Source: Eledone cirrhosa
Taxonomy: Eukaryota
Assembly: GCA_964016885.1 (NCBI GenBank)
Contig: OZ024766.1
Coordinates: 14,880,001 to 14,944,000, forward strand
Length of the DNA: 64,000 nt
Direction of reading: 5' to 3'
Shown: positions 43,401-56,344 of the stretch, piece by piece
How positions within the stretch are numbered: position 1 is the stretch's first letter
Layout of the letters: every line of letters begins with the position of its first letter
Translations under genes and position numbers: made by a program
The notes under the pieces: model-generated
Told to the model about the DNA's origin: nothing
The model's input: the letters and a program-made list of their open reading frames with translations, nothing else
Databases searched by the model: none

Positions 43401-44595
43401 GTTAGCATGCTATGTATAATAGTTAGCATGCTATGTATAATAGTTAGCATGCTATGTATAATAGTTAGCATGCTATGTTATAATAGTTAGCATGCTATGT
43501 ATAATAGTTAGCATGCTATGTATAATAGTTAGCATGCTATGTAATGCCGCGTTATAATAGTTAGCATGCTATGTATAATAGTTAGCATGCTATGTATAAT
43601 AGTTAGCATGCTATGTAATGCCGCGTTATAATAGTTAGCATGCTATGTATAATAGTTAGCATGCTATGTATAATAGTTAGCATGCTATGTAATGCCGCGT
43701 TATAATAGTTAGCATGCTATGTATAATAGTTAGCATGCTATGTATAATAGTTAGCATGCTATGTAATGCCGCGTTATAATAGTTAGCATGCTATGTATAA
43801 TAGTTAGCATGATATAGTTAGCATGCTATGTTATAATAGTTAGCATGCTATGTATAATAGTTAGCATGCTATGTTATAATAGTTAGCATGCTATGTAATG
43901 TCGCATTATAATAGTTAGCATGCTATGTATAATAGTTAGCATGCTATGTATAATAGTTAGCATGCTATGTTATAATAGTTAGCATGCTATGTATAATAGT
44001 TAGCATGCTATGTTATAATAGTTAGCATGCTATGTATAATAGTTAGCATGCTATGTTATAATAGTTAGCATGCTATGTATAATAGTTAGCATGCTATGTT
44101 ATAATAGTTAGCATGCTATGTATAATAGTTAGCATGCTATGTTATAATAGTTAGCATGCTATGTAATGCCGCGTTATAATAGTTAGCATGCTATGTATAA
44201 TAGTTAGCATGCTATGTTATAATAGTTAGCATGCTATGTATAATAGTTAGCATGCTATGTTATAATAGTTAGCATGCTATGTATAATAGTTAGCATGCTA
44301 TGTTATAATAGTTAGCATGCTATGTATAATAGTTAGCATGCTATGTTATAATAGTTAGCATGCTATGTATAATAGTTAGCATGCTATGTTATAATAGTTA
44401 GCATGCTATGTATAATAGTTAGCATGCTATGTTATAATAGTTAGCATGCTATGTAATGCCGCGTTATAATAGTTAGCATGCTATGTATAATAGTTAGCAT
44501 GCTATGTTATAATAGTTAGCATGCTATGTATAATAGTTAGCATGCTATGTTATAATAGTTAGCATGCTATGTAATGCCGCGTTATAATAGTTAGC
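40466..44595. repeat. 4.1-kb satellite of 21/22/32-bp units derived from the PLE RT coding sequence
   Basis: Units TATAATAGTTAGCATGCTATG (21), +T (22) and TAATGCYGCGTTATAATAGTTAGCATGCTATG (32). The flanks join to read EQANYYNAALHRAGH on the minus strand. Confidence 0.95.
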
Positions 44596-45925
44596 CTGCT
44601 CATTAAACATGTCTAGGTTTGAGGATAAGCGGGATATTCTAAGGGGTATACTACGTGCTACTGAATTCTTTATGTAGATTGTGTGCTGTAAATAACCCCA
44701 TGACGTCAGTGATTTACGCTGAATCGTTCGATCCCATTGTGATATCGAAGCTGTTTATCCTATCTTTTCTTACCCAATAGCTATTTTCAAATTTTATGAT
44801 AGTCCTTCTAGCAGCTATTATTATTTCAATTTCATCAGGGGTAAGATCGGAGTTATTTTGGGCAAATATAAGTGCTTTATCTAGGGTGGCTGGGGATATG
44901 GACGCGTAGTAATCGTTTATATCGAATTGTATAAAGATACATGTTTCTCTATTTCTTATTTTACTGAACCATTATATCGCCTCGTTAGTGTTACCCCATA
45001 AATTGATTTCTAGTTTACCCTTTATTTGTGCAATTACCCTATCTAGAATATTCTTGCTAATTTTACCTATATCTGACTTAGATGGGCATATTAATCTGAT
45101 AGTAGGATTTGCTTCAAAATTATTTTTGTAATCCATAAGGTTAAATGTAGGGTTGCATGGGGTTAGAGGCTCGGTTCTATCGGATATTCCGAGTTTATTT
45201 ACTATCCTGGTGAGTGTGGATTCATTTGTTTTTTTGTATTTTTTGTGTAGTTCACGCTGAATGAAATTATTATATGTGTTAAGGTCCATAGAATATACGT
45301 TTGATGTTTTGTCTGCCTTTACTATGATACCGTTGGTGTCTTTTAGGTTTTTTAGTAGTGTGTTGATGTCATTTGGTAACTTGTGGTGTGTTCTTTTTTT
45401 GAATTTAGTTCCACTTATCATATTCATAAGGTCCAGCTCGAAGGCATCGAGTGTGGGGTTGTTTGGAGGGTTTTTCCAGGATTTGAATCCGTAATTCTCC
45501 TTAGAAAATTCACTTGTGTTAATAGCTGGTCCTTTGTCGAAGTGGTAAGCCTTCCATCGGACCCTACGGATGAAATCATTAGTCCGTTGTATCATGCCTA
45601 GTGTATAGTCCCTATTTGTAGGTATAGGTATGTTTTTAAATGACATTCCTATGCGGTGCTTTTCCATGTTGTTGCCGTGTGTTAATGATGTTGCTCAACC
45701 AGGTGGGAGCTATGTATACGGGATAACAAATTATTGTTATAGGTAGTCCAGTTAGGGTACTCCGAGTAGTGGATAGTATTAACGCATGGCTAAGTTTGAC
45801 TCAACAAGACCTTTCCATAGTGATGCTGCGAGTACACGGTGATTTCTATGTAGAATACACTTGGAGTAATAATAAATCAAGAAAGAAAAGTGACATGGTT
45901 TGCTATAAAATAAGGGCTTTATTCA

Positions 45926-46038
45926 CATTGCTGACAATTGTTTCTTTGAACTGGTAGGTCTAGAGATCGCTACCCGCCTGTTTCTGCGTCAATCGATCAC
46001 CAATACTTTGTTATAACCAGTCTATTCATCAGAACATG
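45926..46038 (-). ncRNA. Hammerhead-like motif with long stem II upstream of the PLE ORF
   Basis: catgtt-CTGATGA-atagactggt..(~60 nt)..accagttcaaa-GAA-ACAATTGT(palindrome)-C-agcaatg. GUC triplet; base of stem II imperfect; ~260 nt 5' of the ATG at 45667. Confidence 0.6.
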
Positions 46039-46894
46039 AGAGATTGAAGGGAATACACAGGCATGGCTTCTATATATAGTAGTGGCATTAAATCAGAACA
46101 ATAATAACAATACTAACAATACCAACAGTACTCAAATAAATTAGCTAGACCGTAAATAGTTAAAATAATCACAACATCAATCTAAGTAAGGAATAGAGTA
46201 TACTGATGACTTTAGCATGTAAAATGAGCTGATATGAAGCAGATGTATGAAATTGACATGTAAAAGCTGTCATGGGGTGTATTATATATAGTGTAGAGAT
46301 AACCTGGGGCTTGAAACAATGGACCATTTACTTTATTGTAGGTTTGCTGACCGTAAGAATTATTTATTATCTGACAGATAAAATATTTTCATTGTAGTGA
46401 GGATGGTAATTTTTATGTGGTGTAAAGCGGATTCATTATTTAAGTGGTCTATATTAGATGAAGGGATTGTTAGTTCGAATCATGGGTTGTTTAGCTTTCA
46501 CAGCATCAATAACAAAACATGCATGGATAAGACAACACTAACAGCAATAGCATTATAGTAGGTAAGTTAATACAGAGGTTAAGGAAGCAAGGTATATATA
46601 GAGAGAACATGATGACTACTATTACGGATACATTGGGGTGTTCATTATAACAACAGGAGGAAGGTGATATTTCAAGGACTGTGGTAGTAGTCAAATAATA
46701 TACTTGGAATTAAGTTCACCTGTGGAGAATCAAGGGTGAGAAGAGATATATTTATGGGTTAAGATATTTGCAGACATTACTGTGGTATAGAATTAAGGAG
46801 GCTAGAAGCTGTTTAAAGAATATTATAGTTCTGCGGTGGTCTGTGTAAGAGTGCGGATTTCATATGTTGAATGGTAAGTTATGTTCGTTCGAAT

Positions 46895-46963
<69 letters not shown>

Positions 46964-47435
46964 TCTCTCTTGTTTCTCTCTCATTTCTCTCCTATTTCTC
47001 TCACCTCCCCATATATAATTATTATTATTTGGGCTACCTCTATTCTCCCCCCACCTCTATCTTTCTCTCTCTCTGTTTTCTCTTCATTTCTTATTTTCTC
47101 TCCGTCTCCTCCCCAACTGTCCTTAACACTATAACTAAATAATTACAGTACACCCTCCCTCCTAAATCTCTCAATTTGTATGATGAATTATTATTATTCA
47201 TCTGTTGCCTCAGCTGCCTCTCTTTTTTCACCTCCTCACTATCTCTCTCTCCCCTATCTCTCTCTATTTCTCTGTTTTTCTTTACATACATTTCTTCTTT
47301 TTCTCTGTCTTTCTTTTTAACTGTGCTTAACACTTAATATTTGTAAACATCTCACTACCAAAGCAGCTTTTTTACATAACGGTTGGTCAATATTTATGGT
47401 ATGTCAAAATTATTTATAAAACTGTTTATATATTG

Positions 47436-47501
47436 TATTTTATCTGAAGAAGGCATGCCATATTTTTAATATGGTATCCCCGAAATATGTATAATGAAAT
47501 A
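47436..47501 (+). ncRNA. Type I hammerhead ribozyme
   Basis: tattttat-CTGAAGA-aggcatgccatatt..aatatggtatcccc-GAA-ATATGTAT-A-atgaaata. Closing pair of stem II is A.C. Confidence 0.72.
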
Positions 47502-47628
47502 AATATGGTTTTATAAATATAGTTTCCATTTGTTTAATATCGTATATCTACTCCAAAACTTGTCGAGTGCTTTATATCAGTTATAAAATATTTACTTGTT
47601 GTAACCCAACAATTTTATATAAAACTTT

Positions 47629-47667
<39 letters not shown>

Positions 47668-47844
47668 AAATAAAATGAATCACTAGAGTTGATTTGGCTT
47701 TGTTCCAGTCATCCATCCATACAAATTTTATGAAGGTATTTCAGCTCCACAATGCATTTACTTTGTTATTCTCCTACCATGCTGACTCTGTCTCTGTCTA
47801 TTTTTCCATCAAAGGCTACAGGCCATGACTGTCTATTATTATTG

Positions 47845-48030
47845 AGTGGATTGGCAGTATCGGTAGAGGGTCGGACGCCATGCTTTGACGCATAGAGTTA
47901 CGGCCCTTGCCATTCTGAGTTCAAATCCCGCCGAGGTTAACTTTGCCTTTCATCCTTACGGGGTCGATAAAATAAAGTACCAGTAATGCACTGGAATAAT
48001 TGCTGGCCTTGTGCCAAAAGTAGAAACAAT
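47845..48030 (+). mobile_element. tRNA-derived SINE (MetaSINE/Ceph-like core)
   Basis: A-box-like 'tggcagtatcgg', B-box 'gagttcaaatccc', core 'ttaactttgcctttcatccttacggggtcgataaaataaagtaccag'. Further copies: 53455-53630(+), 55425-55580(-), 58878-59065(-), 59290-59470(+), 62642-62830(-). Confidence 0.85.
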
Positions 48031-48499
48031 TATTGATGTATTCTATCGGCTACTTTGCCATGCGGCGACCCTCTCTCTATGATGGCTACCCCCTCTCTAT
48101 CTCTCTCTCTATGATGGCTACCCTCTCCCTATCTATCTCGAAGCCACCCATTACCTCCCGTTCCCTCTTCACCCATTCCACCTCACTCATCTTGAAGCTA
48201 TTGAAGAGATAAGACACTCTATTCTGAAAGGCTAAAATGAATCACTAGAGTTGATTTGGCTTCGTTCCAGTTTCCATCTTGACGACGATCCTCTCTCCCT
48301 ACCTCACACCCACCCCCTCACACCACCATAGCCTATTCGACCAATCAAACCTCAGCATGCCATTTCTTCTGCTACTACTACCTAACTAACTCTCTCCTCC
48401 CCTGTCCCAGCCCAACACAGCCTGCCATTATCCCACCACCACTGTTCTTCTAGCCCTGAATTTTCCTACCGTTATGGATGGATGAGCTGAGAATAAATT

Positions 48500-51400
48500 T
48501 GAGCAACTCTGAATTAATAGATGAAATATGAATCTGCGAGCTACCAAGCACCCATGTGAAGCGCCCATCCAGAGACCCTTCCCTACGAGTGTCGACAAAT
48601 GCCCAAAACTCCGAGTTGGTACCATCAATGTAGGCTCAATGAAAGGAAGAGCAGGAGTAATCGTAGAAATGCTAGAGCGAAAGGAAATTGATGTATGCTG
48701 TGTGCAAGAGACTAGATGGAGAGGAGAGTCTGCTAGAGTCCTTGTAGGAAAAAGTCGGTGCTACAAATTTTTCTGAGTGGGAAATGACGATGGGATGGGT
48801 GGTGTAGGTATACCATTAGCTGACAAGTGGGTAGATAAAGTAATCTCAGTGTACAGGGTAAATGCAAGAATCATTAAACTCAGACTAGTCCTGAATAAAA
48901 CAATTACCACAATAATATCAGCTTACGCACCCCAATCGGGGTTGCCAGACGAACTTAAGGATAGGTTTTACGAGTCCCTAATGCACACTACTGCTCTAAC
49001 AAACGACAATGACTTCCTAATCATCGCAAGAGATTTTAACGGACAGGTAGGTAAACACTGCGACGGCTTCAATAGAGTCCATGGAGGCCATGGGGTTGGC
49101 ACAAGAAATGAGGAAGGATTCAGACTTCTAGAATTCTGCGACGCCAATGACATGTCGATATGTAACACAAACTTCAAAAGACCCGACAACCACCTGATCA
49201 CCTCTAGATCAGGGGAGCACTATAGTCAGATAGATTTTTTCCTCATCAGAGGACGTGACAGATGGACGGTCATAAACACAAAAGCCTTCCCTAGTGAGGT
49301 ATGTACATCCCAACATAGCTTAGTTTTCAGCGACCTCACGGTCAGAACTAGATGAACCTGGAAACAGAGGCCAACCTGGAGAAGAAAGATCTGGAAGCTG
49401 AAAGACCCCTCAACCAGTAACAGATTTAAAGATATTTTACTCAACGCCTACGACAGTAAAGAAGAACAGATAGAGACATTCAATGAGGAAGAGAACTGGG
49501 AGTTCCTAAAAAATAACTTACTAGAGGCGACGGATGAGGTCTGTGGCTGGAGTAAGACCTCAAGCAGGAGGAGAATGACTTGGTGGTGGAACAATAAGGT
49601 AGATGAGGCAGTTAAGGCCAAGAGACAGGCATGGAAAGAATGGAAGAACGGGGGGAGCAGGGTAAATTACATAGAGAACAAGAGGGAAGCTAGGCGACAA
49701 GTATACTTAGCTAGGAGGGAAGCAGAGGATAGAAAATTCAAGCATGTTTTGCAACGTGAGGACCAGAAACAGGAGGTGTTCAAGATTGCGAGGCAGTGTG
49801 TCAGAGAGAATTGTGATGTCATTGGAGAGAAGTGTATCCGGAATGATAAAGGTGAGCTTGCCCTCACAAGTGCTGAGAAGAAAGATGCATGGAAGAGTCA
49901 TTATGATAGATTACTAAATGAGGAGAATGCATGGGAATAAGAGACCCTACCCCAAGTAGACCCTATAGAGGGGCCAGCAGTACAAGTCAGCAGCAGCGTA
50001 GTAAGTAAGGCAATCAAAGATATGAAGATGGGAAAGGCAACCGGTCCATCGGGTATAGCTGCCGAGATGCTGAAGGCATCTGGGTCTGTAGGTCACACTA
50101 TAACCACACGTATTGTTAACCAGGTAATACTAGAAGGTATCATACCAAAAGATTGGTGCAGTAGCATTATTGTCAACTGCTACAAAGGTAAAGGTGATGC
50201 ACTAGATAGAGGAAACTATAGAGGTATAAAGCTGATGGACCAGGTCATGAAAGTAACAGAAAGAGTTATAGCACAGTTGATTAGGGACCGGGTGAAACTA
50301 GACGAGATGCAATTTGGGTTTGTGCCAGGAAGAGGCACCACTGATGCCCTCATAAAGGCGATGCACTAGATAGAGGAAACTATAGAGGTATAAAGCTGAT
50401 GGACCAGGTCATGAAAGTAACAGAAAGAGTTATAGCACAGTTGATTAGGGACCAGGTGAAACTAGACGAGATGCAATTTGGGTTTGTACCAGGAAGAGGC
50501 ACCACTGATGCCCTCTTCCTTGTGAGGCAGTTACAGGAAAAAGTACCTAGCTAAAAGTAAGCCACTCTACCTGGCATTTGTCGACCTTGAGAAAGCCTTT
50601 GACAGAGTTCCACGTGCTGTAATCTGATGGGCTCTTAGAAAACTAGGAGTAGATGAATGGCTTGTGAAAGCGGTACAAGCCATGTATAGGGGAGCAGTCA
50701 GCAAAGTTAGGATTAGCAATGAGTATAGCGAGGAATTTAGCATACAGGTTGGGGTCCACCAGGGCTCTGTTCTTAGCCCCCTCCTGTTCATCATAGTCAT
50801 GCAGGCAATAACGGAGGAGTTTAAGACCGGATGCCCATGGGAACTCCTGTATGCTGATGACCTCGCACTTATAGCTGAATCTATGGTAGAGCTAGAGAAG
50901 AAATTCGAAACTTTGAAGCAGGGACTAGAAAGAAAGGGTCTCAAAGTCAACATGATAAAGACTCAGGTCCTTGTAAGTAGACGAGAAAACAGAACCCAGA
51001 TCCCCTCAGGGAAATGGCCTTGCTCAGTATGTAGGAAAGGTGTAGGTAGGAACTCGATTCTCTGCCCCAAATGCAAACAATGGGTACACAAGAGATGTAG
51101 TGGGATCTCAGGAAGCTTAATTAAGAATGTAGGCTTCACATGCAGCAGCTGTGCTGGGACAGCACGCAGCAAAAAGCCACAGGAAACAAGTACCACCAAT
51201 CTCTCGGAGGGCTCTGTAGAAAGAGTAGACAGCTTCTGCTACCTAGGTGACCGAATTAGCAGCGGAGGTGGGTGTTCAGAAAGTACAATAACTAGGGTAA
51301 GAACGGGATGGAAGAAGCTTAGGGAACTACTACCACTGCTAGCTGCAAAAGGCTTTTCCCTCAAAATGAAAGGCAGACTGTATGATGTGTGTATCCGAAC

Positions 51401-52125
51401 AGCAATGTTGCATGGTAGTGAGACCTGGGTGCTGAAGGTGGAAGACTTACGTAGATTAGAGAGAAACGAAGCCTGCATGCTCCGATGGATGTGTAACAGT
51501 AATATACGTGAACGACAAAGCATAAATGAATTGAGAGAGAGACTGAGCATAAGAGGAATCAAATGCTGTGTGCAGGAGAGGCAGTTGCGTTGGTATGGAC
51601 ATGTGATGCGTATGAAGGATGACAGCTGCATAAAAAGGTGCAGAGCACTAGAAGTCGATGGAAACCGCGGAGTGGGGAGACCCAAGATGACCTGGGATGA
51701 GGTGATAAAAACGACCTTACCCAATTCCACCTCTCAAAGGCGATGACACACGACCGTGACCTCTGGCGTCTCGCAGTAATACAGAGTACCCAACCTCCCA
51801 TGGGTACAAGCTGATGCATATAGACAATAAGCCCCCACACCCCCCACTTCAAGGTGGTCGTGGAGGTGCCACGGCAAAAAGCACCCAGCCCACACTGTAA
51901 AGTGGACGTGTAGGCAACACGAAAAAGCACCCAGCACTCACTGTAAATGAGGTTGGTGTTAGGAAGGGCATCCAGCTGTAGAAATCAAGCCAAATCAGTT
52001 CCTGTATGAGCAAAGCATGGTCAGCCGACCAGACACTGCCCACAACAGGACAACCCGTCTAACCCATGCTAGCGTGGAAGAACGGACGTAAAACGGTGAT
52101 GATGATGATGATGATGATGATGATG
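48500..52125 (+). mobile_element. Near full-length RTE LINE (family B) with long 3'UTR
   Basis: LRVGTINVGSMKGR..CVQETRW, ARDFNGQVG, SQIDFFL, QFGFVPGRGTTDA, LLYADDLAL, Cys-rich insert, QLRWYGHV, (GAT)n tail. Several stops; ~165-bp internal duplication at 50190-50515. Confidence 0.95.
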
Positions 52126-52579
52126 ACTCTATATATACTATTGTATTTTCATGGTAAAGGCTTTACCTCACATAAGTATCTCATAATGTCGAATCTATGA
52201 GATTTTGATTTTATCTATTTTGAGAAGAATACCTTAATGTCAGTATGAGTGGCCAGTTATGGCCGGTTTCAACAGAAAGAGGTGAGAGGATTCTGGTCAG
52301 ATATGGCCGGTTTAAATGCTAAAGGGTTAAACACCCCAGTGTTGAAATGTGGTAGTGCTGGTGCCATGATCAAGTGCACCAAGCCTACACTGGAAAATGG
52401 AAGTGTTTGATGCTGTGATAAAATGCATCCAGCCCATACTGTAAAGTGTTAGTGTGGTACCATGATAAAAGTAGCAAGACCACCCTGGCATGTGGTAAAG
52501 GTGGTGCCATGAGGAAATGCACCCAGTACATGCTGTGAGGTAGTGTTAGGAAGGGCATCCAACAATAGAAACTATGCTA

Positions 52580-53145
52580 GAGAAACACTGGCACACTTGG
52601 AAAATTAGAAGCACACAGGTACAGTGGGAACATCAGAGACACAGTGGGTACTCAAGAGGCACAATGGCTCACTGTGAACATCCAAAAGCACACTGGGATA
52701 TTAGAGGCATACTGGCATACTGGGAACATTGGAGCACAGTGGGAACATCAGAGGCACACTGGAATATCAGTGAACACTAGGTACATAGGAGGCATACTGA
52801 GAACATCAGAGGCTCACTGGGCACATCAGAGACACACTGGGAATACAAGAGGCACACTGGGAACATCAGAAGCACAGTAGGCACATCCGAGGCACACTAG
52901 GTATATCAGAGACACACTGGGAACACAAGAGGCAGACTGGGAACATCAGAAGCACAGTGGGAACATCAGAAGCACAGTAGGTACATCAGAGGCACACTAG
53001 GTATATCAGAGACACACTGGGAACACAAGAGGCAGACTGGGAGCAGCAGAGGCACAGTTGGCACATCAGAGGCACACTAGGTATATCAGAGACACACTGG
53101 GAACACAAGAGGCAGACTGGGAGCATCAGTTGGCACATCAGGAGG
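52580..53145. repeat. ~20-bp minisatellite
   Basis: Degenerate gaacatcagaggcacactgg units. Confidence 0.9.
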
Positions 53146-53193
53146 CACGCTGTTAATAAATGAACATTTACAGTTTAAAATAAGCATACTAAC

Positions 53194-53331
53194 AAGCTTG
53201 GCAGTCATGACCAGTAAAACCAGGTAGACACTTGTTGTTTGGACAGTGTCCAGTTTTAGGGTTACAGTTTGCACTGTCCTTGCATTTACAGGGATTTGAA
53301 CAATGGACACCAAAATAACCAGCTTTACACA
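53194..53331 (-). CDS. EGF-like repeat exon of a multi-EGF (MEGF10/SCARF/EGF-receptor-like) gene
   Basis: 138 nt, ag|..|gttagt, phase 1/1: CKAGYFGVHCSNPCKCKDSANCNPKTGHCPNNKCLPGFTGHDCQA. Confidence 0.9.
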
Positions 53332-53384
53332 CTGTTAAAATAAAACAAACAAGTAGAAATATCTAACATTACTTTACAAATATA

Positions 53385-54310
53385 TACAGGGTGCAGCATA
53401 AATACTGTTACAAAATATCAAATGAGTTTAAGTCATAATATTAATTACTTTATGCTTTGCAGCATAGAGTTACGGCCCTTTATGATCTGAGTTCAAATCC
53501 CGCCCAGATTAACTTTGCCTTTCATCCTTACTGGGTCGATAAAATAAAGTACCAGTCACACACAGGGAGCGCTTTAATAGACCCCCCCCCCCCCCTCCAC
53601 AAATTTCTGGCCTTATGCTTATATAAGAAACCAATAATAATTACTTTATTATTGATCTGATTGCTCAAATATTAACCTAATACTATATACTAACTGTTTT
53701 GGGGGTTATATAAGGATTCATTGCACATTTTTTCATGTTCAGAGTTGCTGAAGCATGGAACAAATTACCTGCATCAGTTGTTAGCTACTGGGACACTACA
53801 TCCTTTAAAACCTCCATGCTTCCTGAAATTCGCCAACACTACACCTGATATCCCCCTTCCATACACACGCATGCATGTGTGTGTATTTCATGACTCATAC
53901 ACTGTTCACTTTCCTGACCTTTATACATTATTCTATGTACTATATATGCACCTGAGCATTGTACACAATAATTTCATTATTATTATTATTTAAATGTCCT
54001 TAGAATTGAAAGGAAAATTCATAATTGGACAGCATGAAAAAAAGTAGACTCCACCTCAGATTTTTATAACTGGAAAACAGCTTGAAATTAACAGAATGCT
54101 CATAAAAAGGACCATTGATCACTTCAAAGAAACTTCCTCAACAAAAGCCAAGATCAGGACGTCCTAGCACCTTCTGAACACCAAAACTAATCAAATACAT
54201 GCATGAGAAAATCAGATGTAAGCCAAAAAGATTCATGAGAAAAATGGTGAAAGAGGCTGAAATTTCAGAGAGATCCATGAGGAGGCTATGTAAAGATGAT
54301 CTCGAGATGT
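53385..54310 (+). mobile_element. Tc1/mariner relic (left TIR + transposase N-terminal HTH) with nested SINE and CR1 3' fragment (53722-53990)
   Basis: TA|CAGGGTG.. terminus. ~53995-54310 reads approximately INRMLIKRTIDHFKETSS..PRSGRP..TPKLIK..IRCKPKRFMRKMVKEAEISERSMRRLCKDDL with frameshift and stops. Confidence 0.7.
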
Positions 54311-54546
54311 GAGAACAAAAGGAAAGCATATCAAATAAGATTTCATGGTGTTAATAAACATTTTATTAATTACTTTGTGCCACAATTGTATCTAGGTACA
54401 ATAAATATTGAATTTTATTTTGTAACAGTATTTATGTTGTACTATGTAGTATTATGTGGTCAGAAACTCTCAAGAAAGTTGGACAGGAGAAGGTCACCAG
54501 AGAAGAACCACCCTCTCACCTCATGCAAGGGTTTCAGCCATTAACC

Positions 54547-54839
54547 CAGGCATGGGCAACCTTTTTCGAGAAGCGGGCTGCATGAGATATGGTTCATCAT
54601 CAGGGAGGCCGCAAGCGCTAGTTTACATTTGTGCCCACATTAAAAAAAAAGGGTGATAACTCAGGTTGTTTTGATTTGTTTCTTCAGAATTCGTACACGT
54701 TGTTTTCCTTAATCGTTAAAAATTATAGAAAGATAAATTACGACTGAAAAGTTGGGGTAAAAAAATCAGAAAGATTTCACTTAGGTGATTTAGGTGAGTC
54801 ATTTAGAAAGCTTCGTGGGCCGCAGGTTACCCATGACTG
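54547..54839. mobile_element. hAT-type MITE
   Basis: TIRs caggcatgggcaacc / ggttacccatgactg. Imperfect 8-bp TSD cattaacc / ccttaatc. Confidence 0.75.
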
Positions 54840-55159
54840 CCTTAATCTATTTAACATTTACATTACTGTGTTTAAGTGTGTGTGAGTGAGTGCATTTGTG
54901 TGTTTTAATGTGAGTGTGTTTGTGTGTTTTAGTGTGTGAGTACATTTGAGCATTTAAGAGTGTGAAAGAGTATGTGTGTGAGTGTGTTTGTGTGTTTTAG
55001 AGTGTGAGTGCATGTGTGCGTTTATGTGTATGTGTGTGTGAACTCTTTTATTCACCTCTTACAATAGGAAAGGACACTGTGCCAGTTATTTTGTGTCTCA
55101 ACTAATTGCAACAAAGCTAATAAACTTTCATGCTCTATTTAACACTAACACAAGTGTAA

Positions 55160-56095
55160 ATGGTGTTAAACTTACAATCATGTTCTGGGTTTCATTCTTG
55201 GACTGGGTTGTGTGTTATGTTCTTGAGCAAAACATTATACTCAGTATGTATGTATGGTCCTGTAACTTCTGACAGAGTCGTAGAGGTGCCGTATTAACAG
55301 ACATCATTTCTTGGGTATTTTAAGCCAGGCGGAGCCCATCCCTGTCCAGGCCTGAATACAGCAGATTTCTTCCAGAGAAAGATAGAAAGTGAGAGAGAGG
55401 AAATGAGAAAGAGATATAGAAGAAGAATCGACCCCAGTACTAGACTGGTACTTTTTTATTGACATCAAAAGGATGAAAGGCAAAGTTGACCTCAGCGGGA
55501 TTTGAACTCAGAGAGCAGAGAGTCGGAACGAATACCACAAAGCATTCTATCTGATGTTCTAACGACTCTGCCAATTCACTGCCTATATACTCAGTATACT
55601 CAGTTGGAAATGAGTATCAACAATTGCTGGGGGGTTTTCTCTGCAATGGACTGGTGTCCTGTCCAGGCTGGAATTGTTTACTGTCAGTCACTTAACACCA
55701 TGGAAACCAAGGTAAACACTGGCCTGATTAGCATCCAGGCTTGAGACAGACTTTAGACTCAGAACAAGTAACAGCCAAATTATAGATTAGTATGATAAAA
55801 AGGAAAGGACACATTAAATAGTGTAGTCCTAGTTATGCAATGCCTGAGAGAAGGGTGGAATGTGCTTATCTCGGTTTCCATGGTGTGAAGCAACTGAGAG
55901 TACAGAATTCCATCCTGCACAGGACAGGTGTCCTGTGCAGGATGGAATTTAAAATCCCCCAGCAATTGCTGGTACTCATTTTCAACTGAGTATACTATGC
56001 AAGAATGTTTTGCTTAAGAACGCAATGCACATCCAAGTCCAGGAATCAAACCCACAACATTATGATTGCAAATCCAACAGCTTTACCACTTGTGT
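55160..56095. mobile_element. Two inverted Nin/Deu-like tRNA SINE copies (55160-55760 +, 55860-56095 -)
   Basis: 'gtgttatgttcttgagcaaaaca', 'aatgagtatcaacaattgctgggg', 'ggactggtgtcctgtccagg..ccatggaaacc'. A third, split copy lies at 62515-62630 and 63035-63170. Confidence 0.65.
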
Positions 56096-56322
56096 TAGTG
56101 TTAGATAGAGATGACAGTTCATTGATCTCATAACTAGTTTAAACTGTAAACAACTGACACAGTGTCCTTACATATTATAAAGAGGTGAATAAAAGATATT
56201 GAAAAAGATACTGTCAATTCACCAGCTTTTATTTTAATTTACAAATCTGCCCCCCCCCCCCCCCCCCTCACTCCCATAAAAAAAAAAGAAAGAATGGAAA
56301 TTCGATATTTAGTTTTACTCAC

Positions 56323-56344
56323 CATTTTGGCAGTTTCTTCCTTG
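56323..56344 (-). CDS. 3' part (22 nt) of EGF exon split by CR1
   Basis: CAA GGA AGA AAC TGC CAA AAT G|gtgagt (QGRNCQN); completes 58289-58404 to 138 nt. Confidence 0.85.

Larger units (their letters stand above)
39840..46040 (-). mobile_element. Penelope-like element RT ORF (degenerate, split by satellite, catalytic region deleted)
   Basis: Starts MEKHRIGMSFKNIPIPT..FIRRVRWKAYHF..YGFKS..IVKADKTSN..IRLICPSKSDIGKISK, then QFDINDYYASI and FDITMGSNDSA. Resumes after the satellite with LWFNPIFNCSVKT..KLSYS and ends at CNCHLTDRCP (~39850) before the endonuclease. Confidence 0.9.

Noticed and set aside
47845-48030. tRNA genes
   Set aside because: A/B-box-like heads belong to SINEs, and no cloverleaf could be built.
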